Source of the DNA: Methyloversatilis sp.
GTDB taxonomy: Bacteria > Pseudomonadota > Gammaproteobacteria > Burkholderiales > Rhodocyclaceae
Length of the DNA: 64,000 nt
Assembly: GCF_965284615.1 (NCBI RefSeq)
Contig: NZ_OZ260098.1
Coordinates: forward strand, 2,732,318 to 2,796,317
Direction of reading: 5' to 3'
Of this stretch, positions 8,873 to 15,941 are shown one piece after another; position 1 is the first letter of the stretch; the number at the start of each line of letters is the position of its first letter. Below the pieces are notes generated by a model. It had not been told where the DNA came from, ran no database searches, and saw nothing but the letters and a program-made list of their open reading frames with translations. The position numbers were made by a program, and so were the translations under genes.

Positions 8873-9820
8873 CTATTTCTGGGCCAGAGAAATGGCGGTC
8901 AGCGCGAGGCGCGACAGCTTGCGCACGTCCGGGTCGGCGTCGTCGAGCGCCTTTTCCAGCGCCGGAATGGCGCGCGGGTCGGCCAGTTCGCCGAGGGCGA
9001 TGGCCGCTTCCTTGCGCAGATTGCCGATCGGGTGGGCCAGCGCCTCGACCAGCGCCGGCAGCGCCGCCGCGGCCTTCAGCAGACCGAGGCTGCGCGCCGC
9101 CTTGACGCGCACCTGCCAGTACTCGTCCTGCATCGCGCGGATCAGGTCGGGCGCGGCCAGCGCGAGCCGCAGCTTGCCCAGCGTCTGCGCCGCCTCGTCG
9201 CGCACCATCCAGGCGACGTCGGTCAGTGCACGCGTCAGCGACGGCAGCACGCTCACTTCGCTCGAATAGCCGATGGCACCGATGGCGATGCGCCGCACTT
9301 CCGGGTCGGGGTCGCGCGCCGCGATCTCGGCCAGCGCACCGACCGCTTCGGGTTTGCGCAGATAGCCCAGCACGCCGACCGCCTCGCGCCGCACCGCAGG
9401 GTCGCTGTCCTGCAGCGCCTCCATCGCCGGTGCGAAGGCGGCATCGACCCGCAGCGCGCGTACCGCGCGCAGCGCCAGCATGCGCACTTCGGCCGTGTGG
9501 CCGCTGAGGAAGGGAATCAGCGGCGCGGCGGAGGCGCTTTCCTTCAGCTCCGACAGCACTTCGCCGGCGGCTGCCCGCACCGCCGCGTCGGCGTCGAGCA
9601 GCATCGGTGCCAGCGCCTCGACCACCTCGGCGTCCTCGTAGCCCTCGAGCGCACGCACCGCCTCGGTCCGCACGGTGGCGTCGGCGTCCTTCAGCCGCGG
9701 CAGCAGCAGCGGCACGATGTCGTCCTCGTCGCCGTAGGGCAGGTCGATCACCGCCAGCCGGCGCACTTCGGCGTCGGGGCTCTCCAGGCGCTCGGCCATG
9801 GAACAGGTCAGGGTATCCAT
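8873..9820 (-). CDS. HEAT-repeat (PBS-lyase-like) protein
   Basis: Repeated D.D..VR..A..ALG units; GAGGAG RBS before the ATG at 9820. Confidence 0.9.
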   Translation of the reverse strand: MDTLTCSMAERLESPDAEVRRLAVIDLPYGDEDDIVPLLLPRLKDADATVRTEAVRALEGYEDAEVVEALAPMLLDADAAVRAAAGEVLSELKESASAAPLIPFLSGHTAEVRMLALRAVRALRVDAAFAPAMEALQDSDPAVRREAVGVLGYLRKPEAVGALAEIAARDPDPEVRRIAIGAIGYSSEVSVLPSLTRALTDVAWMVRDEAAQTLGKLRLALAAPDLIRAMQDEYWQVRVKAARSLGLLKAAAALPALVEALAHPIGNLRKEAAIALGELADPRAIPALEKALDDADPDVRKLSRLALTAISLAQK

Positions 9821-9830
9821 CGTCGGCTCC

Positions 9831-10064
9831 TCAGCGCAGCAGATAGGGAATCGACACGCTGACCGCACCGGTCGGGCAGTCGGTTTCGCACGGCAGGCAG
9901 TACCAGCACTCGTCGAACTTCATGAAGGCCTTCTTGGTGAGCATGTCGATGGCGAGCACGTCGAGCGGGCAGACGTTGACGCACACCGTGCAGCCTTTCT
10001 CCGCGATGCATTTGTCGTTGTCGACACTTACCGGCACCTGGGTCGGCGTAGCAGCGATGGTCAT
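9831..10064 (-). CDS. Small 2x[4Fe-4S] ferredoxin, AprB-like
   Basis: CIAEKGCTVCVNVCP and CWYCLPCETDCP; directly downstream of the AprA-like gene. Confidence 0.88.
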   Translation of the reverse strand: MTIAATPTQVPVSVDNDKCIAEKGCTVCVNVCPLDVLAIDMLTKKAFMKFDECWYCLPCETDCPTGAVSVSIPYLLR

Positions 10065-10095
10065 GGCGAACTCCTTGATGGATGTGTCGGTGGAA

Positions 10096-11826
10096 TCAGG
10101 CGGCTTCGGCGTTGCGGGCGACGCGCAGGCGCTGGTAGGCGCTGCGTTCCTCTTCGTCGATCGGCACGATGTAGGGCTCGATCGGCTTCTTGCGCATCTG
10201 CATGCGGCCGTCCTCGCCCTTGCTCAGCAGCGTGTGGCAGAACCAGTTCTCGTCGTCGCGCTCGGGGTGATCGACGAAGTAGTGGTAGAGGCCCCAGCGG
10301 CTTTCGGTGCGGAACAGCGAGGCGCGCGCGGCCATTTCGGCGCAGTCGAGAATGGAATGCGCTTCCATCGCGCGCATCAGTTCGTGCGGGTTGGAGGCGA
10401 ACATGGCTTCGGTGTCCTCGCGGATTTCGTCGAAGCGGCGCAGCGCGATTTCGTACTTGCGGGTGATCTTGGGCGGCTGCAGGTAGTCGTTCACCAGGCG
10501 GCGCGTCTTGTATTCGATCTGGAAGGGCGTGAGGCCGTCGGTGCGACCGAGCGGCGCCAGGATGCGCGCCTCCTCCGCCGCGACGTCGCCAGCGCTGACC
10601 GCACCCAGTCCGTGCTCGGCGCAGTAGGCGGCAGCGTTCTCGCCACACAGCCGGCCGTAGACGAAGGCGCCCAGCATGTAGTTGTGCGGCACGCTGGCGC
10701 AGTCGCCGGCGGCGTAAAGCCCCGGCACCGAAGTCGCGCCACGCGCGTCGGTGTGGATGCCGGACGCGCTGTGACCGCTGCAGAAGCCGATTTCCGAGAT
10801 GTGCATCTCGACCATCTGCTTGCGGTAGTCGTTGCCGCGCTTTTCGTGGAAGCGGCCGCGGCTCGGGCGTTCGTTGGTGTGCAGGATGTGCTCGATCTCG
10901 CTGATGGTCTCCTCGGCGAGGTGGTCGAGCTTGAGGAAGACAGGACCGTTGCCGCCTTCCAGTTCGTTGTAGAACTCCATCATCATCTGGCCGCTCCAGT
11001 AGTCGCACTCGATGAAGCGCTCGCCCTTGGAGTTGGCGGTGAAGCCGCCGAACGGACCGGTCACGTAGGCACAGGCCGGACCGTTGTAGTCCTTGATCAG
11101 CGGATTGATCTGGAAGCACTCGAGATTGGCCAGGTCGGCGCCGGCGTGATAGGCCATCGCGTGACCGTCGCCGCAGTTGGTCGGGTTCTCGTAGGTGCCC
11201 ATCAGGTAGCCGGAGGCGGGCAGACCGATGCGGCCGGCCGCGCCGGTGCTGAGCACCGCCGCCTTGGTGCGGATGACATAGACGTCGGCGGTGCGGCAGT
11301 CGAAGCCCATCACCGCGACCACTTCACCGCTTTCGCCGGTCAGCACGCGGGTGACGACGACGCGGTTGGTCACCTCGACGCGCGCCTTCTTCAGCTGGCG
11401 GTAGAGGATCTTCTTCATGTGGTGACCTTCGGGCATCGGCAGCACGTAACTGCCCAGGTGATGCACCTTGCGCACCGCGTAGTCGCCGGTTTCGTCCTTC
11501 TCGAACTTGACGCCCCAGCGGTCCAGCTCGTTGATCATGTCGAAGCTGTTGGCGGCGTAGGCCATCACCGCTTCCTGATCGACGATGCCGTCGTTGGCGA
11601 TGGTGATCTCCTTGACGTACTGCTCCGGCGTCGCGTGCCCGGGAATGACGGCGTTGTTGAGACCGTCCATGCCCATCGAGATGGCGCCCGAACGCTTCAC
11701 GTTGGCCTTGTCGATCAGCAGCACGCGCAGCTTGGGGTTCTTCTCCTTGGCCTTGACTGCGGCCATCGGGCCGCCGGTACCACCGCCGATGACGACGAGG
11801 TCGAATTCCATGTCGATGCGTTTCAT
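10096..11826 (-). CDS. FAD-dependent oxidoreductase of the SdhA/FrdA/AprA superfamily, AprA-like
   Basis: GGGTGGPMAA dinucleotide fold; KANVKRSGAISMG resembles the AprA N-terminus; GLYAAGD; RTESRWGLYH. Confidence 0.88.
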   Translation of the reverse strand: MKRIDMEFDLVVIGGGTGGPMAAVKAKEKNPKLRVLLIDKANVKRSGAISMGMDGLNNAVIPGHATPEQYVKEITIANDGIVDQEAVMAYAANSFDMINELDRWGVKFEKDETGDYAVRKVHHLGSYVLPMPEGHHMKKILYRQLKKARVEVTNRVVVTRVLTGESGEVVAVMGFDCRTADVYVIRTKAAVLSTGAAGRIGLPASGYLMGTYENPTNCGDGHAMAYHAGADLANLECFQINPLIKDYNGPACAYVTGPFGGFTANSKGERFIECDYWSGQMMMEFYNELEGGNGPVFLKLDHLAEETISEIEHILHTNERPSRGRFHEKRGNDYRKQMVEMHISEIGFCSGHSASGIHTDARGATSVPGLYAAGDCASVPHNYMLGAFVYGRLCGENAAAYCAEHGLGAVSAGDVAAEEARILAPLGRTDGLTPFQIEYKTRRLVNDYLQPPKITRKYEIALRRFDEIREDTEAMFASNPHELMRAMEAHSILDCAEMAARASLFRTESRWGLYHYFVDHPERDDENWFCHTLLSKGEDGRMQMRKKPIEPYIVPIDEEERSAYQRLRVARNAEAA

Positions 11827-11912
11827 GTTCTCTCCTTGATTTGGGGCTGCACTGTCGCGCCAGGGCGCGCCGTTGCGAACGAAGAATTCCTGCGTTGCTT
11901 TCCAGCGGTGGA

Positions 11913-12692
11913 TCAACTTCGGTCTATGCGCAGGCGGTACTGGAAGGCATCGCCGCGGTAGTAGAGGAATTCGAAATCGATGGGCCGGTCGTCGGCCCAG
12001 GTCAGGCGTTCGATGCGCAGCAGCGGCGAGGCTTCCGCGATGTCGAGATGACGGGCGAGCGACTCGTCGGCCGAGATCGCCTCGATCTGCACGTCGGCGT
12101 GCGTGAGGTTGCGGCCGAGGTCGTTTTCGAGAATGACGAAGATGTCGCGCGTGGCCAGGTCTTCCTGGGTCAGCCGTTCGCCGATGTCCGGCGGGAAGTA
12201 GCTCACGTTGACCGAGATGGGTTCGCGGTTCAGGTAGCGCAGGCGCTGTATCTCGAACACCGGCGCTTCCGGCTTCAGCTGCAGCCGCTGGGCCACCACG
12301 GCACTGGCGGCGACCGGCTTCGCGCTGAGCAGCAGCGAGTAGGTTTCGTAGCCGGAAGTGGACATCGCCTCGCCGAAACCCTGCAGCCGCGACAGGCTCT
12401 GGAAGGCCTTGGGCTTGGCGACGAAGCTGCCCTTGCCCATCACCTTGAAGATGAGCCCCTCCTTCTGCAGGTCGCCCAGTGCCTGCCGTATCGTGATGCG
12501 GCTGACATCGAATGCCGACATCATCTGGCTCTCCGACGGCATCTGCGAATGCGGCGGGTAACTGCCGTCGAGAATGCGCCGGCGCAGGATTTCGCGGATC
12601 TGCGTGTACAGCGGCATCTGCGATACCGGCGACAGCGCGTCCTCGACCTCCGCCGCGCCCGGGGGCGCGATCTGCTTGCGGTGGGGTGCCAT
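11913..12692 (-). CDS. GntR-family regulator, HutC/UTRA subfamily
   Basis: PLYTQIRE...MPSESQMMSAFDVSRITIRQAL...GKGSFV wHTH followed by a UTRA domain. Confidence 0.93.
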   Translation of the reverse strand: MAPHRKQIAPPGAAEVEDALSPVSQMPLYTQIREILRRRILDGSYPPHSQMPSESQMMSAFDVSRITIRQALGDLQKEGLIFKVMGKGSFVAKPKAFQSLSRLQGFGEAMSTSGYETYSLLLSAKPVAASAVVAQRLQLKPEAPVFEIQRLRYLNREPISVNVSYFPPDIGERLTQEDLATRDIFVILENDLGRNLTHADVQIEAISADESLARHLDIAEASPLLRIERLTWADDRPIDFEFLYYRGDAFQYRLRIDRS

Positions 12693-12711
12693 GTTCGAGC
12701 TCCTGTTCAAG

Positions 12712-12735
12712 AACCTGTTATGACGGGTCATGTCA
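12712..12735. promoter_or_regulatory. Palindromic operator, copy A (candidate site for the adjacent GntR)
   Basis: ACCTGTTATGACGGGT, an imperfect version of the perfect palindrome at 13690-13705. Confidence 0.65.
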
Positions 12736-12752
12736 TGCAAAGTCAGTGCCAA
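12736..12752 (-). promoter_or_regulatory. sigma54 (-24/-12) promoter of the gntR-aprA-like operon
   Basis: Minus strand TTGGCACTGACTTTGCA matches TGGCAC-N5-TTGC. Confidence 0.8.
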
Positions 12753-12778
12753 TTTTTTCGCTCCGCACAACACGTTCC

Positions 12779-12791
12779 GAAATCGTTGATT
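12779..12791 (-). promoter_or_regulatory. Putative IHF site
   Basis: Minus strand AATCAACGATTTC versus WATCAANNNNTTR (1 mismatch), about 30 bp upstream of the -24 element. Confidence 0.45.
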
Positions 12792-12819
12792 TGACTGCGA
12801 TTTTCGACGACAGACCGGT

Positions 12820-13635
12820 TCAGAACCGGCTATCGGATGCACCGCATTGCTGCACCGCCACAGTGCCCTGCACCAGTGCGACCGCATGTACCGGCCAGGC
12901 TGCGAGCGCACCGGTCGCCATCAGCAGGCACAGCACGACGCGACGGAAATGACGCGGATCCAGCCACCGGTAGAGCCGCTCGCCGATCAGTCCGCCGCCG
13001 TGAAAGAGCGGCGCCAGCAGCAGCGACAGGCCGAACAGCCCTGACAGCACGATGGCGATCAGCGCCAGCGGGTAGAGGCAGCCGAAATAGACGAGGAAGC
13101 TGGCGCGCGCCCGGTGGCTGTCGGTTTCCACGCCCAGCAGATAGAGGATGGCCGGCGGTCCGCTGACACCGCCGAAGCCGGTCAGCACGCCGCTGAACAG
13201 ACCGGCGGAGATCGAGCCCGCCCGACTGCGGCCGCGCACCAGACGGGCGCCGGTCAGCAGCACCACAGCACTGGCGATCACCGCGACGCCGATCACCTGG
13301 CCGAACAGCCGCGCCGGCAGCACGCTGACCAGCCACAGCCCGAGTGGAATGCCGGCACAGGCGGCGCCCAGCATGGGCAGCAGCACCCGGTGATCGACCA
13401 GCCGGCGCACCGACGGCGCCAGTGCATGCGTCAGCGGCAGCGCGTTCAGCAGCGTCACGATGCACAGCGTGTCGCGCGCCGACGCCACCGTAGAGAGCAG
13501 CGGCGCCATCAGCAGCGCCGCACCGAAGCCGGTCATGCCGCGCAGCACGCCGCCGGCGATCACCGCGCCGGCAATCACCGACCAGCTCGCGAGCGCGCGG
13601 TCCGGCCACAGCGTGTTCAGCAGCGAAGCATCCAA
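12820..13635 (-). CDS. TauE/SafE (TSUP) family sulfite-exporter-like membrane protein
   Basis: GGVLRGMTGFGAALLMAP and GVLTGFGGVSGPP repeats; likely TTG start at 13635 behind GGGGAG (the ORF track starts at 13698). Confidence 0.85.
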   Translation of the reverse strand: MDASLLNTLWPDRALASWSVIAGAVIAGGVLRGMTGFGAALLMAPLLSTVASARDTLCIVTLLNALPLTHALAPSVRRLVDHRVLLPMLGAACAGIPLGLWLVSVLPARLFGQVIGVAVIASAVVLLTGARLVRGRSRAGSISAGLFSGVLTGFGGVSGPPAILYLLGVETDSHRARASFLVYFGCLYPLALIAIVLSGLFGLSLLLAPLFHGGGLIGERLYRWLDPRHFRRVVLCLLMATGALAAWPVHAVALVQGTVAVQQCGASDSRF

Positions 13636-13688
13636 TCGGCTCTCCCCGGCGGGACGGACCGCCTGCGAATTCGGCAGCGTCTGCGCCC

Positions 13689-13712
13689 AACCTGTCATGA
13701 CAGGTCATGTCG
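13689..13712. promoter_or_regulatory. Palindromic operator, copy B
   Basis: Perfect 16-bp palindrome ACCTGTCATGACAGGT at 13690-13705; 26/30 identity with 12712-12741. Confidence 0.65.
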
Positions 13713-13729
13713 AGCAAAAGCCGGACCAG
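13713..13729 (-). promoter_or_regulatory. sigma54-type promoter of the tauE-like gene
   Basis: Minus strand TGGTCCGGCTTTTGC (GG-N10-GC), at the same offset from the operator as in copy A. Confidence 0.6.
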
Positions 13730-13863
13730 CACGCGCACACGCAACCCACCGGTCGTCAAACCCTGTGCAGTCGCAGCTTCTGTCGGTGCGCGGCGGTTGA
13801 TGCGCAGTGCCGCGGCAGTCCGGCACGGTGCGCCGGCCTCGGCGACGCCCTGCTTGCGTGCGT

Positions 13864-14874
13864 TCATGCCAGCGCTCCGAGGCTGACCAGGCCGAAGCCG
13901 GCAAGCAGCAGCCACAGCCACAGCAGCGCAGCCAGTGCCCACACACGCCAGCCCGCATGCGCCATGTCGGCCAGCCGGGTGTTGGCACCGAGCGCCGCCA
14001 GACCGACCGCCAGCAGCGCCTGCGCGGCTTCCGCACCGGCCGCCTGCAGCCACAGCGGCAAACGCCCCGACGCGTTGAGCGCCATCATCACGACGAAGCC
14101 ATACAGGAAGAGCGGCACGCCCGGGCTGCGCAGTGACGTGGCGCCCGGCGCGCGCAGTCCGGCGGCGATCAGCATCACCACCGGCGCCAGCAGCATCACG
14201 CGCATCATTTTCTCGACCAGCGCACCGGCGGCCGCCTCGGGTCCGGCCGCCGCCGCACCGGCAACGACGTGGCCGAGCTCATGCACTGAAAGACCGACCC
14301 AGAGGCCGAACGACAGATCGTCGAGACCGCTCAGCGGCCGCAGCAGCGGCAACAGATACATGCCCAGCGTGCCGAACACGACCACCGCCAGCACCGCCGC
14401 CGACACATGGCGAGCGCGCGCACCGATCACGCTGTCGGCAGCCGCCACCGCCGCCGCACCGCAGATGGCGCTGCCGCAGCCGATCAGCACCGCGGCCTGG
14501 GTGTCGAGCCCGAGCCGACGGCCCAGCGTCAGCGCCAGCGCCAGCGTGCTGAGCACGATGACCAGCGCCATCGCCAGCCCGCTCCAGCCCACGCTGCCCA
14601 GTTCATCGATGCCGATGCGCAGACCGTACAGCGCGATGCCGGCGCGCATCAGCGTGCCGCGCGCCAGACGGAATCCGTCGGCGCCGCGCGTCGGCAGCGC
14701 GGGCCACAGATTGCCGACCACGATGCCCAGCGCCACCGCCAGCGGCAGCCAACCGAAGCCGTGCGCCGTTACGCCCGGCACCGCAGACAGCGCCGCCGCG
14801 GCAGCCGCAACGGCCACCGACGCGACAAGGCCGGTCGGCAGGCTGGAAGCAGTGAGGGCGGTGGTCGAATTCAT
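13864..14874 (-). CDS. yeiH: YeiH family (putative sulfate/sulfite exporter) membrane protein
   Basis: LMRAGIALYG, LIGCGSAICGAAAV, WVGLSVHELGHVV, KMMRVMLLAPV. Confidence 0.88.
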   Translation of the reverse strand: MNSTTALTASSLPTGLVASVAVAAAAAALSAVPGVTAHGFGWLPLAVALGIVVGNLWPALPTRGADGFRLARGTLMRAGIALYGLRIGIDELGSVGWSGLAMALVIVLSTLALALTLGRRLGLDTQAAVLIGCGSAICGAAAVAAADSVIGARARHVSAAVLAVVVFGTLGMYLLPLLRPLSGLDDLSFGLWVGLSVHELGHVVAGAAAAGPEAAAGALVEKMMRVMLLAPVVMLIAAGLRAPGATSLRSPGVPLFLYGFVVMMALNASGRLPLWLQAAGAEAAQALLAVGLAALGANTRLADMAHAGWRVWALAALLWLWLLLAGFGLVSLGALA

Positions 14875-14957
14875 GGATGCGTCGCGGGCTGCAGGAAAGT
14901 GAGTGCAGCGTAAGCGGCGCGCCATTCATTCTTCTATATCATGCAAATCACTGATCG

Positions 14958-14972
14958 ATTACCTTGGGTAAT
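14958..14972. promoter_or_regulatory. LysR-type box in the yeiH/lysR divergent intergenic region
   Basis: ATTACC-N3-GGTAAT dyad containing T-N11-A. Confidence 0.55.
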
Positions 14973-14974
14973 GC

Positions 14975-15880
14975 ATGAATCTGCATCTTCTGCGCATCTA
15001 CGTGAAGGTCGTCGAGGTCCAGAGCTTTTCGCGCGCAGCGGAGGCGCTGGACATCACGCAGCCCGCCGTGTCGAAAGCGGTGCGCGAACTCGAATCCCAG
15101 CTCGAAACGGTGCTGCTGGACCGCCGCGGCAAGACCTTCCGGCCGAGTGAATCGGGTCGGGCACTCTATGAATACGGGCGCAGCATCCTGGCACTCGAAC
15201 GCGAGGCGACCGAAACCATCCGCGCCTACAGTTCGCTCGAACGCGGGCGGCTCACGATAGGCGCCAGCACCACCATCGCCACCTACTGGCTGCCGTCCTT
15301 CCTGGTCGATTTCCACGCCCGCCACCCTCAGGTCGAACTGCAGGTGATCAGCGGCAACACCCGGCAGATCGCCGACCTGCTGCTCGATTGCCGGGTTGAC
15401 GTGGCGCTGGTCGAAGGCGACGTGGACGACGCGCGGTTGAACCGCCGCATCTGGCGGCGCGACGAGATGGTCATCATCGCGCCACGCGACGCCGAACTGC
15501 CGCCAGGTGGCGCGCTGCGCCCGGCCGATCTGGCCGACCACAGCTGGATCGTGCGCGAACGCGGTTCCGGCAGCCGTGCCGCCACCGACCGCGTGCTCGA
15601 CGAAATGGGCCTGACGCCGGCGCGCACGATAGAGGTGGGCAGCAACGAAGCCATCGTGCAGACAGTCGCCGCCGGCCGCGGTCTGGGCATGGTGCCGCGC
15701 ATCTGCGCCCGCGACCAGCTGGCGCTTGGCCGCATCCGCCGGCTGCATCCGGGCGGCGCCGCGATCCAGCGCACGCTCTACCGCATCCGCCTGCCCGAGC
15801 GCCCGATCAGCCCCGCCGCCCTCGCCTTCGAGGCGCTGATCGCGGACACGCACACGGCCACGGACGCGGCGTCCGAGTGA
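14975..15880 (+). CDS. LysR-family regulator, YeiE/CysL-like
   Basis: SFSRAAEALDITQPAVS; GASTTIATYWLP; REKGS-like RERGSGSR; divergent from yeiH. Confidence 0.88.
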   Translation: MNLHLLRIYVKVVEVQSFSRAAEALDITQPAVSKAVRELESQLETVLLDRRGKTFRPSESGRALYEYGRSILALEREATETIRAYSSLERGRLTIGASTTIATYWLPSFLVDFHARHPQVELQVISGNTRQIADLLLDCRVDVALVEGDVDDARLNRRIWRRDEMVIIAPRDAELPPGGALRPADLADHSWIVRERGSGSRAATDRVLDEMGLTPARTIEVGSNEAIVQTVAAGRGLGMVPRICARDQLALGRIRRLHPGGAAIQRTLYRIRLPERPISPAALAFEALIADTHTATDAASE

Positions 15881-15899
15881 ACATCACGGCCCCGAAATG

Positions 15900-15926
15900 A
15901 AGAAGCCGGCTTGCGCCGGCTTCTTT
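15900..15926. terminator. Bidirectional intrinsic terminator between lysR and purL
   Basis: AAGAAGCCGGC-TTGC-GCCGGCTTCTT, 11-bp stem. Confidence 0.8.
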
Positions 15927-15941
15927 ACGTCCGCGGCGGGA

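Noticed and set aside
10096-11826. Calling this gene sdhA/frdA or a dissimilatory aprA
   Set aside because: No sdhBCD/frdBCD membrane subunits and no sat/qmo/aprM/dsr neighbours; the partner is a 77-aa ferredoxin and the context is an ABC importer
13636-13698. N-terminal extension of the TauE-like ORF from ATG 13698
   Set aside because: That ATG lies inside the operator, at the expected sigma54 transcription start; TTG 13635 has a good RBS and fits the family length
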